From positions 7,591 to 71,590 of IMG/VR virus record IMGVR_UViG_3300025139_000012: a stretch of 64,000 bases of DNA. One strand, given 5' to 3'. The notes under the pieces are model-generated. The model was not told the origin of the DNA. It did not search any database and saw only the letters and a list, made by a program, of their open reading frames with translations. The DNA comes from a virus. Its lineage: Duplodnaviria; Caudoviricetes. Numbering within the stretch: position 1 is the stretch's first letter; every line of letters begins with the position of its first letter. Position numbers and translations under genes: made by a program. Below are positions 17,304-27,900 of the stretch, piece after piece.

Positions 17304-19256
17304 TTATATGACCACCGATACCACGGCTGAAATTTTAGACTCATTTTCGTCTACTTTATCCTCAAGAGCGCGTCCTAATACAGTATAAGTTGATGCTTCA
17401 CCTTGTTTCGCTGCTCTGGCTACACCATTTCCTGCGCTTACTAAGCGATCGCCCTTGCTTACTGTTCCGACAACTCTAACCAAAATCCTACCTTGAAGTG
17501 CTACGGGCGGGTGGGTCATGTCAGAGCCAGCGCCATTATTCATCAAATAAGCTGGGTCTTGGCTTATAACTCCAAACACTTGATCACTTAGATCATCATT
17601 ACAGATCGTTATTTCGTGTGTTCCACCAAGCATCACCACCGTTCCTGGCTCGTAGACTGTATCAGCAGCGTATCTTTCTGCCAAGTCAGCGTAGTTTGCG
17701 GTCGTCGCGTTTCCGTTAAATGTCGTAGCATACATTGATGCCCATTTTAACGAAGGTGAACCCACATTATACGTGTTATTACTAGCTGGGAGAATGTTTG
17801 TTGTTATTGTTGTTAAACCAGTGGAGGTCGAAATCTTGCTATCAACATACTGTCTAGTAGCTGCCATTAGTGGATAGCTACCAGTTGATGGGTCATTTCC
17901 AATGAATACATATCCAGCGGAACTTAAAGTAAGTGCGGTCTGCAATGTATTCCCAGAGTCTTTTACTTTAAAGATTACGTCATTTGTAGCAATATTGCTA
18001 GATAAAATAACATTAGCACCAGCACCACCTGCGGTTATAGTAAAACTTGAGTTTAAACCAGCAGTGAACACTCCCTCAACTGTGAGGTTAGTGTTCATTA
18101 TTTGTGGTGCAGTTTTAGTAACATAGTTTGATGCTAACACACCGCCCAAACTTAACGAGTTAGTTGCAGTTCCCTTAAAATTGTTAGCGTAAATATCTTT
18201 AAAAGGAACTACCGCAGATCCAAAATCTCTTGTGCCAGCACCATCTGCAGTAATGATGCCAGTAATAGTGTTTGACCCAGTGCGACTTAAAATTGAGCTG
18301 GATGTTCCGCTCGTTACTGAGTTAACGTAGGAAACGGTTGCTGCTTCAGCTAACCCCAAAGATCCCTTTAGCCAAACGTTGCCCGTAGTTTTGTCAACTC
18401 TAATAGACTCAGTAGATTGTCCAAACATTTTAACTTTCAAATCTTTGCCAGCAGTCAATGAAGTTATATTTACGTTCGCGGAGTCCGACGCAACTTGTAA
18501 ATCGCTTGTTAGTCCGACACCAGCCGTATTAGTAAAAGTTACAGCGCCAGCTACTGTGCCACCCAAGTTTTTGTTTAGATAATCAGTTCCGGCAACACCA
18601 GCTAAGTTAATAGCATCTGCTGCTTTGCCATTAAATATGGGAGCAGATTGCCCAGATGCAGGGACAGTAGTCAAGTTAAATCCAGGAACAATATTTAAAA
18701 ACCCAGGAATAGTGTTACTCTGAAACGAATCTGGACTAATAATTGCTACTACATTGTTATCAATATAAAATTTAACGACGTGATGGTTTGAGGCATCAAC
18801 AGTAGAAACCATGTCCTCAGGGTAAGCCCCAGTTTTACCAAAATTTGCCGAAGCTACAGGGCCGACAAGAGTCCACCCATCAGGATTTGGGGCAGCACTT
18901 GATTTAACAAATAACTGATTAAGAGCTGAATTCCACCATACATCACCAATAACAGGGTTTGCTGGGGCGGTTTCGCTAGTAGTTGAGCCGGCAACTGATT
19001 TCCAAACCGTGCCGTTTCTAACTTTAAGAACCTTGCTAGTGAAATCCCACCAAATTTGACCTTCCAACGGATGTGGGGGCTCAGTAGTATTTGAAAAATT
19101 TTCTAAAAGGTGAACAAAGTTTTCGTTTAGGAATAATCCGTATCCAGCATAATTTTTACCAACTAATGTAATACTAGTTGATAGTTTTGCGTCCACTGTG
19201 CCGTCAAATACAGTCTGTAATGGGGTGCCGTTTGTTTTTGTAATGTTGTAACTCAT
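17304..19256 (-). CDS. Tail fibre / baseplate gp10-like protein with C-terminal chaperone (peptidase G2-like) domain
   Basis: N-terminal LVGKNYAGYG..NENFVHLLENF; C-terminal TANYADLAERY..GTV..PAYLMN. Confidence 0.75.
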   Translation of the reverse strand: MSYNITKTNGTPLQTVFDGTVDAKLSTSITLVGKNYAGYGLFLNENFVHLLENFSNTTEPPHPLEGQIWWDFTSKVLKVRNGTVWKSVAGSTTSETAPANPVIGDVWWNSALNQLFVKSSAAPNPDGWTLVGPVASANFGKTGAYPEDMVSTVDASNHHVVKFYIDNNVVAIISPDSFQSNTIPGFLNIVPGFNLTTVPASGQSAPIFNGKAADAINLAGVAGTDYLNKNLGGTVAGAVTFTNTAGVGLTSDLQVASDSANVNITSLTAGKDLKVKMFGQSTESIRVDKTTGNVWLKGSLGLAEAATVSYVNSVTSGTSSSILSRTGSNTITGIITADGAGTRDFGSAVVPFKDIYANNFKGTATNSLSLGGVLASNYVTKTAPQIMNTNLTVEGVFTAGLNSSFTITAGGAGANVILSSNIATNDVIFKVKDSGNTLQTALTLSSAGYVFIGNDPSTGSYPLMAATRQYVDSKISTSTGLTTITTNILPASNNTYNVGSPSLKWASMYATTFNGNATTANYADLAERYAADTVYEPGTVVMLGGTHEITICNDDLSDQVFGVISQDPAYLMNNGAGSDMTHPPVALQGRILVRVVGTVSKGDRLVSAGNGVARAAKQGEASTYTVLGRALEDKVDENESKISAVVSVVI

Positions 19257-19298
19257 ATATTTTTAATCCTGCGTATACTTATTTATCTGTCAAAAAGG

Positions 19299-21302
19299 TT
19301 ATGACCTGCCAACCGAAATTTCAACTACTCCGTAATCTCCATCAAAGTTTTCCAATGATTTACCTAATACCGTGCCACACTCAGGACGATTGTTTACTCT
19401 AGCCCTCCCATCTTCAGCACTTACTAGCAAATCTCCTTTACAAACAGGGCCAACTACTTTAACTGGGCACCGTCCTTGAAGTGCCAATGCCACTACAAAC
19501 TCGCCTTCACAATTACTATTCATTAAATGAGCTGGGTTTGTTGACACGACTCCAGCAACTGAGTGCAAATCATTGACAGTAGATTTAGTTACCTCAAACT
19601 CACCACCAAACACTAACACTGTGCCTGACTCGTATTGAAAATCTGCCACATAGTTTTCTGCTAAGTCGGCGTAGTTTGCCGTTGTTGCATTACCGTTAAA
19701 TGTCGTCGCATAAACTGTACGGAAGGAGTTTGTCACTGACCCAATGTCAAGTAACGCAGATGATGTTGTTGCTATACCACCAGATGCGATAGTAATTTTG
19801 GCAAAATGTGGGTCCACTAACAACGCATACTGAGTCAAATCTTGCGCTGTGCCTGACACCACATTGTTTACTAGTGTAGAAACAAAGGCAGTTGTTGCTA
19901 TTCTTGTTGAGTTGTCAGTCGTAACAGGTGTGGGTGATGTTGGTGAGCCGCTAAACGATGGACTAACCAGTGGGGCTTTGTTACTCAACGCGGTATTTAC
20001 GTCGGTGCCAAAACTAGCACTATTATTAACTGCTTGGCTTAGTGCCGACAAAGTATTTAGTGTTGGGGTAGTGCCTAGCAGAGTTGATACTGCAGTATTG
20101 ATATTTTGCTGGCGTGTCGTAGCTTCAATTTGAATGTTAGTATCAACATAGAGTTTAGTTACTGCTTGATTATTTGCTGTAACCGCACCACTTAAAGTAA
20201 GGCTGTTAAAGGCACCAATGCCCGACACTACTTCATCCGTCGACACCCCCTGTGAGTGTAAGAACGCTACTTTAGCACTTGGAGAACCAATGGAATATTG
20301 CCCGTTAGCGTCAAATGTTATGCTACTTGATAACGCGCTTGAGCCATCAAGTGGGTAATACTGTTGTAAAGATGTATTAAGTGAGCTGTCAACATATTGT
20401 TTAGTCGCTACTCCAAGAGAGTTAGTTGGGTTGCCAGCAACTAGTACACTCCCGTTCGCACCAACAATAGTCAACGAATCAGTAATAGTACCATTTGGCA
20501 ATGTTACACTCATTACCACGTCGCGGTTGGGTACGTTTCCTACCAGCTTAACCGCGTTACTTACGACTTTGATCGTAAAATCACTAGATGCGCCAATGGT
20601 AATACCGTCATTTGACAAAGTAGAGATAGGATAGTTTGATGATGATGCTACATCTGATCGCAAATAGTTTGCAGCCAAAACCCCGCCCAAGCTGAGGGCG
20701 TTTTCGCTGTTGCCGTAGTAGGTATACGATGTTTTTAAGTTGATGCCGGGCTTAATCGTTGAAAATCCCGCAATATCAGTAGTCGTAAATGTAGGGTCTT
20801 TACTGACGACTGCCATGTCTACTCCTCCAACACTAAGTATTGATACTACATGCGGTTGGGCCAAGTTATCATTTACTGTAACTGCTCGTTCACCGGTTTG
20901 ACCTTGTGCCGACGTAAATATTGGGCCAACCGTGTCCCATGATGAACCGTTGAACACCTTTAACTGTTGAGTAGTTGGGTCCCACCATAGTTCACCATTG
21001 CTAACAGTAGTAGGAGCAAGAGTAGTGTTACTAGTTCCACTTACCATTCTCCATCCAGTACCCGATCTTACAAGCAGTTTCTTGTTAACTTTATCCCACC
21101 ATAACTGCCCTTCCACTGAACCCGATGGCGCGACCGGGCTTGCAAAATTTTCAAGCAAGTGAAGGAAGTTTTCATTTTGTGGCTCACCATACCCAGCATA
21201 GTTTTTACCGATGAGAGTTAAACTGGTGCTGTTATCTACTGTCCCGTTCGCAACAATAATAGGAGTAGTTGATGAGTCGTAAAAGTTAATGGTGAATGAC
21301 AT
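19299..21302 (-). CDS. Tail fibre / baseplate gp10-like paralogue
   Basis: Same N- and C-terminal modules; ATKQYVD and STRIATTAFV fibre motifs. Confidence 0.75.
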   Translation of the reverse strand: MSFTINFYDSSTTPIIVANGTVDNSTSLTLIGKNYAGYGEPQNENFLHLLENFASPVAPSGSVEGQLWWDKVNKKLLVRSGTGWRMVSGTSNTTLAPTTVSNGELWWDPTTQQLKVFNGSSWDTVGPIFTSAQGQTGERAVTVNDNLAQPHVVSILSVGGVDMAVVSKDPTFTTTDIAGFSTIKPGINLKTSYTYYGNSENALSLGGVLAANYLRSDVASSSNYPISTLSNDGITIGASSDFTIKVVSNAVKLVGNVPNRDVVMSVTLPNGTITDSLTIVGANGSVLVAGNPTNSLGVATKQYVDSSLNTSLQQYYPLDGSSALSSSITFDANGQYSIGSPSAKVAFLHSQGVSTDEVVSGIGAFNSLTLSGAVTANNQAVTKLYVDTNIQIEATTRQQNINTAVSTLLGTTPTLNTLSALSQAVNNSASFGTDVNTALSNKAPLVSPSFSGSPTSPTPVTTDNSTRIATTAFVSTLVNNVVSGTAQDLTQYALLVDPHFAKITIASGGIATTSSALLDIGSVTNSFRTVYATTFNGNATTANYADLAENYVADFQYESGTVLVFGGEFEVTKSTVNDLHSVAGVVSTNPAHLMNSNCEGEFVVALALQGRCPVKVVGPVCKGDLLVSAEDGRARVNNRPECGTVLGKSLENFDGDYGVVEISVGRS

Positions 21303-21316
21303 ATTTTATCTATACT

Positions 21317-21964
21317 TTATTGTGACTGGCCATGCCAGTAAATACCCTTGACTGTACGGTAATTCTCTAAAGTTGGAGTATCAGGCACAGTATTAACTAT
21401 ATTTATCAAAGTTCGCAATGTTTTGCGTTTCTGCTCAATGAATCTCACATACGCATCTCCCAACTGCTGAATTTGCTGCTTGCTATGCTCACGCAATGCC
21501 CATGTCGAGTCAATATTTTCCGCTTCAGCGCAGGTCACGCTAAATCTCCAATCCACGGTTGCATAAGGCGACAGTGATGAGGATACTGCCGCTTGTATAT
21601 TTTGCTGATCTAGCAGTTGAGAAGGGTAAAAATGAGGAGTTCCTAGAACTGACGACACTAGTCCGCTCTTGCAAACAAAGTCACATTCAGCGTAAAGTTC
21701 TTTTATTTTGTTTGCCTTAGCGGAAGTAACACTTGGGAGAGAGGTAATCTCTGAAGTTTGCGGTTTGAAATATAAATCTTGCTCAGGTAGCACTCCCATC
21801 TTTATTCCACTAAAATACGAAATAACCATATTGGCTGCATTGAGATCGTAGATTGGTTTATATGAATCTGAATAGGCCGCACAATTTGGGTCAGATGGAT
21901 GTGTATACGAAACTATACGCATTGTCATTGGATCTACAACTACTGTTAAAAATATGTTATTCAT
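21317..21964 (-). CDS. Tail-fibre assembly-like protein (DUF4376-like)
   Basis: SSVLGTPHFYPS..DQQN..W..REHS.QQIQQLG pattern; follows a fibre gene. Confidence 0.6.
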   Translation of the reverse strand: MNNIFLTVVVDPMTMRIVSYTHPSDPNCAAYSDSYKPIYDLNAANMVISYFSGIKMGVLPEQDLYFKPQTSEITSLPSVTSAKANKIKELYAECDFVCKSGLVSSVLGTPHFYPSQLLDQQNIQAAVSSSLSPYATVDWRFSVTCAEAENIDSTWALREHSKQQIQQLGDAYVRFIEQKRKTLRTLINIVNTVPDTPTLENYRTVKGIYWHGQSQ

Positions 21965-24166
21965 TTATTCACCTTTAAGCGTAAACCATGTAGAATTTTC
22001 CATCATGGACAACGTAGCATAGCTTTGACTTGCTGCACCATACACTTGGAGCGTGAATCTATACTTAAATCCAGCTGGCAATGCTGGTTGTAGAGTGTTA
22101 TTATACTGCGATACCGCAATTCCGTTTTCTGTCATCCCAGGCAATACTGTAGCATTAGGAAATGTTGCTACAAGTTCCCTTTTTAGTTGCTCTCCTGATA
22201 CTGATGTTGTTTCTGTAGAAATACTCTTAAATCCGTTAAGCTGCCCAGTGCTATCTGTTACCTTACCCCATGTGTTATCTTCGTGCGTATCGTATACTTC
22301 CCAAATTCCAGTGGCAGCATTTAACTTCTCTACTTTCAAATAGTAAGCAATACTAAATGGTACTGAATTGGACAATGCCACCATTGATGAATTATGAATT
22401 ACCACCCTAGTAGGTTGATCACATTTAAATTCATAGTAGGCCGGGCAACAAATTGTTGACACATATCGCTTAGAGGTCAATGTTTCAGTGTAAGTTTGAT
22501 AAAGCGGGTGATTCCTGTACGTCATACTTGTCGAATCAATAAACTGATTAGAATAGTTTAGATTATTATTGTTCCAGTGTGTTGCTCCAACACTGGCTAC
22601 TCCGCTGAGCCACCAACTCAAATAAGTTGTTGAGTCGTAAACTTTAGAAGTTAAGGTTGGGTTGTTTACGTTAGGAACCGAAGCTACAATATTTGTTACC
22701 CTACCCTTAGTATCAACTGTAATTTTCTGTATAGCAGTGTACTCACCTGCAGCCACTGGTGATGTGGCTAAACTTACCACCACATCACCCCCTGATGTAG
22801 AAGTAGTAGATCCTGGGACTAATGCTAACTCGACTTCACCAGGAGTTCCATAATACGACTTTATTTTTGCAGTAATAGTTGAGTCAATATTTTTGTTAAC
22901 CCATTTTGTACCGTTAAACACTAGTGCTTCGTTGGTAGCTGGCGCAGTAAGGGTAGAGTTAGCGGCAGTAAAAGTAACCCCCTGTGAGCCAACTACATCA
23001 GACACAGCCGATTTGACAAATGCCGTAGTAGCTAGTCGGGTTGAGTTATCAGTTATAGGTAGCGGGGTAACTAGTGTCGGAGTACCAACAAAATTCGGGC
23101 TGTTAATATTAGCTTTAGTTAGCAAAGAGTTAGCAGCAGTTGTATAATAGTTCGCATCATTATTAATCGCATCAGACAACTTACGCAAAGTATTGAGAGT
23201 TGCCCCGTTAACTAGGTTGGATATTTTAGTGTTAGTATCGTTAGTAACTTGAGTAGTAACTGCTGATGCTGAAAGGTCTAAATACTGCTTTGTTATAAGG
23301 GCACTTGGACTATTAGGTGATGATGAGGCTAGCGTTACTTGATTAGCATGAGAATCAAACAATAAAGTACCAGCAGTATTAGATATAATCAAATCTCCAA
23401 GCAGTGTGGTAATGCTTTTATCGTTACCCACGCTTTCCAGTATTAGCGGTGCTGCTGAACTTACTTGAAGTGTTTTTGCGCCAAGATTACCGGTGAAAGT
23501 AACGTCTGGTGTAAACTTGTTAATATAATCTGCTCCAGGAAGTCCTAATAGGTTATCAGCATTGGTAGCAGTACCTTGAATTTTTATACCAGAAACTAAA
23601 TTTATTCCGGGGATTATTTTAGTAAGGCCAAGATATATTCCATTTAATGTAAACTCAGCGTCTTTACTTAACACCGACAGAACATTTCCCCCAACTTTAA
23701 GTAGAGATACTTTATGTGTTATGTTAGCATTGTCAATTAGTGTGTGGGATTCAAAAATTGTGTTAATATCCCCGGCTTTACTTCCTGGACCAATCAAGAC
23801 CCATTCACTAGCATCGTTTAATACATATAGTTGCTGATCACTATTGTTCCACCAAAATTCACCAGGTTTAGCGGTTAGCGGGGCCGCTGATGAAATAAGT
23901 GAGTTCGAAATGATTTTGAACTCAGTTCCATTAAATGCCTTAAGTTGCTTATTGCCTGAATCCCACCAAAGTTGCCCTTCTATCGGAAAAGTAGGGGCGG
24001 TCGTATTAGCGTGATGTTCAAGTAATCGCAGAAAGTTATTTCCAATCAGCTGTCCATAATTGTGAAAATTTTGACCAATCAGTGAAATACCTAAGGTAGT
24101 GTCAAGGGCTCCTTCACCTAATGTAGCGTATCGTCTTCCATCTGTGTATGTAATATCATATGCCAT
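21965..24166 (-). CDS. Tail fibre protein (paralogous N-terminus, unique C-terminal region)
   Basis: LIGQNFHNYG..NNFLRLLE, GQLWWDS, STRLATTAFV, ITVDTKGRVT. Confidence 0.75.
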   Translation of the reverse strand: MAYDITYTDGRRYATLGEGALDTTLGISLIGQNFHNYGQLIGNNFLRLLEHHANTTAPTFPIEGQLWWDSGNKQLKAFNGTEFKIISNSLISSAAPLTAKPGEFWWNNSDQQLYVLNDASEWVLIGPGSKAGDINTIFESHTLIDNANITHKVSLLKVGGNVLSVLSKDAEFTLNGIYLGLTKIIPGINLVSGIKIQGTATNADNLLGLPGADYINKFTPDVTFTGNLGAKTLQVSSAAPLILESVGNDKSITTLLGDLIISNTAGTLLFDSHANQVTLASSSPNSPSALITKQYLDLSASAVTTQVTNDTNTKISNLVNGATLNTLRKLSDAINNDANYYTTAANSLLTKANINSPNFVGTPTLVTPLPITDNSTRLATTAFVKSAVSDVVGSQGVTFTAANSTLTAPATNEALVFNGTKWVNKNIDSTITAKIKSYYGTPGEVELALVPGSTTSTSGGDVVVSLATSPVAAGEYTAIQKITVDTKGRVTNIVASVPNVNNPTLTSKVYDSTTYLSWWLSGVASVGATHWNNNNLNYSNQFIDSTSMTYRNHPLYQTYTETLTSKRYVSTICCPAYYEFKCDQPTRVVIHNSSMVALSNSVPFSIAYYLKVEKLNAATGIWEVYDTHEDNTWGKVTDSTGQLNGFKSISTETTSVSGEQLKRELVATFPNATVLPGMTENGIAVSQYNNTLQPALPAGFKYRFTLQVYGAASQSYATLSMMENSTWFTLKGE

Positions 24167-24170
24167 AGTA

Positions 24171-24782
24171 TTATCCGATATTGCTTAAATTAGTTAACGA
24201 ACTGATACGTATAGTGTAGTCGATTTGAATCAATCTATTTGCTGATTTTTGAACGGGGTGAAAAATTACATGAGTAAGTAACTTGTTGTATGTATTGGTT
24301 GATTTATCATACCCACGAATTCCCAACTCATCAAAAACATAAGTGCTTTCTAAATTTTGGCTGTTGTCGAATGCTGCTTGGCCAGCGGGTTCACCATAAT
24401 CTAATAGGCAGGTCATAAACACATCAGTGTAAATAGCACCGGGGGTATGCCTAATTTCCATTCTGTTTCTAGCGCGATCAACATTGTTGGCACTGGTGTC
24501 GTCAATGATTTTTTGGTACGTTTGATTGTATAACTTAGCGGTTGATCCTACAGAGTTTGGAGGAGAGTAAGTAATAACTCCTGTTGGATCAACGCTGGTC
24601 CCACCATTACCAAACGCCATAACGTACATATATGCATCGCCTTTGTTAGCAACACTATAAGCTAATGATTCAGAAAAGTTTTCGTAATGAATGCTATTTT
24701 TACGATCAACCAAAACTTCGTTAGTAGTTGGATCAGTAATCTTCACAAATCCTTCTAGCTTAATTCCAAAACAGTCATTCAT
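24171..24782 (-). CDS. Virion structural protein (baseplate/fibre attachment)
   Basis: MAFGNGGT, VFDELG, LLTHVIFHPVQKS..RLIQIDYT; operon context. Confidence 0.7.
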   Translation of the reverse strand: MNDCFGIKLEGFVKITDPTTNEVLVDRKNSIHYENFSESLAYSVANKGDAYMYVMAFGNGGTSVDPTGVITYSPPNSVGSTAKLYNQTYQKIIDDTSANNVDRARNRMEIRHTPGAIYTDVFMTCLLDYGEPAGQAAFDNSQNLESTYVFDELGIRGYDKSTNTYNKLLTHVIFHPVQKSANRLIQIDYTIRISSLTNLSNIG

Positions 24783-24783
24783 T

Positions 24784-24951
24784 TTATGCCCTACCTTCTA
24801 TAATAACTTTGCCAGATTCTGGATCATACACTTTGATCATATCCTCAACATTTAACCCAGCAATAACATCTGGCTTCTTCTCATTTCGAATAGGAGTTTT
24901 CAATAAATGTTTGCTATCTTCAGTTAACGGTGATTTGTTTTGAGTATTCAT
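24784..24951 (-). CDS. Small protein (55 aa) not in the ORF track
   Basis: MNTQNK...IKVYDPESGKVIIEGRA*; GATAAATA at 24957-24964; resembles the N-terminus of the next gene (VKITDPTTNEVLV). Confidence 0.7.
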   Translation of the reverse strand: MNTQNKSPLTEDSKHLLKTPIRNEKKPDVIAGLNVEDMIKVYDPESGKVIIEGRA

Positions 24952-24972
24952 ATTGTTATTTATCCTAAGGTT

Positions 24973-27900
24973 TCACACAGATATTGATACTGGACCAGCC
25001 GGAGATTGCTGAAGGAATACTGATTGTGGTGATGTTTGCTGCAACAATCCAGTTCCATCATTGGTGTATCCTGTTATCCCAACACCCGATAATGCTGTGT
25101 ACCAGGCCGTAGTGGCTGATCCTGCTGGCAATTGTTGTTCTGCGCTGATATCAGACACTTTCGTACCAACTGGATATTCAGCCCCAATGCCTGTTCCTGC
25201 GACACCACGGCGTAGTTGTCCTAGTGTATTAGTTATCGGATCTATGGTGTAGTAGGTTATTCTCTCACCGTTAATGTAAATCACCCCTGGTGTTCTAAGC
25301 AGCAAGCTAGGAATGGGCAGTGCCGACACATCGGCTACATGAATCACTGGGTTCGCATCAACTGGGGGCCATACTAAGGGCTCAGTTAATACGGTCGTGT
25401 TCCTCTCACTAACACGAGTAATATCCCAGTTTATTGATTCGCGGTCAAAAGTTGCTACCCCATCGTCAAACTCAGTATGCAGCTCGTTAAAGGTAGTTTG
25501 TGCTTCATCAAAGTTTTCGCTAGATCCGTCAAACATGGTGACAGAATCAATATCAAACGATGTGAAGTAATCTTGAATCATCCCTGATGAGATTCTAAAT
25601 CCAACTGGAGGTAGTGTTCCGGTGTCTTTATTAATAACTGTGATGTAAAGGGTATCATACATCATACCTGGCAGCATTTCCTCAGGTGCGTGACTAGTAT
25701 ACGCTGAAATAAACTTACCGCTGTCAACTATGCTGCTATAATCCGTGCTAGTTCCTAGCTCTAAATCTGTGAAATAGCTTTCAATGATCGCATCGTAATC
25801 TTCTTCACCCAATCTGTTACCGTCAAGCGTGTTTCCTGGGTAGCTAACACCGCCAAATAATCGTTCTGGGATATTTGGAGCCATGCCAGGAGTAGGTTGA
25901 TAATATGCCGAAGATCTGTCCACTGCTGTAGTTAACCCATGATCAGCCACTTCAGTAAACTGGGTTATATTAAAGAAATCACCGCTGTTAATGCTGTTGT
26001 TGGCTTGGTAAACTACGTGCTGAAATGTGACATAGTTGTTGGCGTTATAATCCGTGTTCGCTTGCCATGGTGTGATATCTGTGGAATAGCTTACTCTATC
26101 AAGTTTAATCACAGTGTCAAATGTTCTGACATTACTATTGCCCATAACAGCATAGCATGCCGCCACTCCACCTTCAATGTTACTATTATCGACACCGCCA
26201 CCAGTGACAACAATGGTTGGCCTAGAGGTATATCCAGATCCGTGGGAGTCAACGTTTACCTTTAGCACCGTACCAGTTGCAAAGCTCACAACTGCAGTAA
26301 GTTTTGCGTGCCTAATATCACCATCAGGCAACCCACCGCCGGTAACCGTTAGGATAGGTGGGACTATATATCCAATGCCCGGAGTCTCAACGGTTACAGA
26401 TTGTATATGATATGTATTATTAGTCCTCCAAGATAAATATTCATCTCTTGACGCAATGATCCCAGCATCCCTAGCATGCTCGCCGTTTGGACTACGCCAT
26501 GTTTGTAAGTCTGTATCGTAATACGATGGTAAGTCAAAATCTGTCGCAGTAATATTGCCCGTGTCATACCCGTCATAGTTTGTAACAAACTCACGGATCT
26601 TAGTGCGGTAGGGTTTTATTTCGTTTATGTAATCGCTAAGGTATGTTTGGTTGTCACGAACATAGCTAGGGTATTGCGCAAGTTGGCGCAAGTTATGGAG
26701 AACTGAAATAAAGCTAGATTTAAACACCCAATCAACCAGTCGCTGTTCTGACAGAATATACTGTAGCATCATGAAGAACATTTTTGTAAACTCTGTTGAT
26801 AGTGTGTTTACAAATATTGAATCTCGCAATGCGTATAATATGTTTCTAAGTTCTACACCGGGGTTTAAATCAAACTTAACTGAATCAAAGTTGTCGTTAT
26901 CAAAGCCGATTTTGTTAGTATTGTGCGACCATAGTGCGTCAGACAGTTGGATAGTTCCGTTTTGAATTCCTACTACAGTAGTAGATAGATCATAGTTAAC
27001 AGAAAATACTTTAAACTTGCCGCCGCCACTATCGCGAACACGAATAGTATCGTTCGGAGCTAAGGTTAACTTAGCCATGTCTTTAATAGTGTCAACGGTA
27101 TATGTTGGTTTTATTGTAAAATCATATCCTGGCAGATACCAATCAGCATAATCCCAATAATCAGCAGTGCGATAACTTTGTGTCCTAGCTAGTTTAAACA
27201 CTGGTGTCGTTTGATCTAATATTCCAAGGTCATTTTTTTCGTAGTCAACCTCGTAAATAGTCCATTCATTATCAAAGTTAGCGTCGGCCATAACTAATAT
27301 GCTTTGTCCGAATGATGTTTTAACCGTCGCTATATTATCAGGATCATTCAATGATGCCAGTGTGTAAACTGGTTTCCGCAATGCGGTCATATCTAAATAT
27401 GATAGTTCTTCGTACGAGTCAACTATCATAGAGTTTCCTTGCTCATCCCAAGTAAACGGAATCTTATCAGCAGACGTCAACTGAGTTAAATCAAACTCTT
27501 CAGCAGCAGGAACATCTTTAAGCACGGCGTTAACATATTGAACAATATTTTTAACACCTTGCAGTTTGTTTACTAGCAGTGTTTGGCGTGGTCTAATAGA
27601 GATGCCATACCGTTCTGCTTCCGTTAATCTATAATCAGGAACAATGTTGCCGTTCTGATCTTCACCAGCCAAACTATCTATTAGCTTTTCAACAATATTT
27701 GATGGCAACTCGCTAGTCAATGCTGTTTCATTTACTAACTTGAACTCGTTGTGAATCAATGTATCAGTGTTAAGTAAATCATACCCTACATGAAAAATAG
27801 TAGAATCGGCTGAAATATACTTTGCGATGTTAAACAATGACACGGCATTATTTTTAATATAAGCAGCGTAAGGAATATCTTGTTGAGTTGGGTAGGCAAT

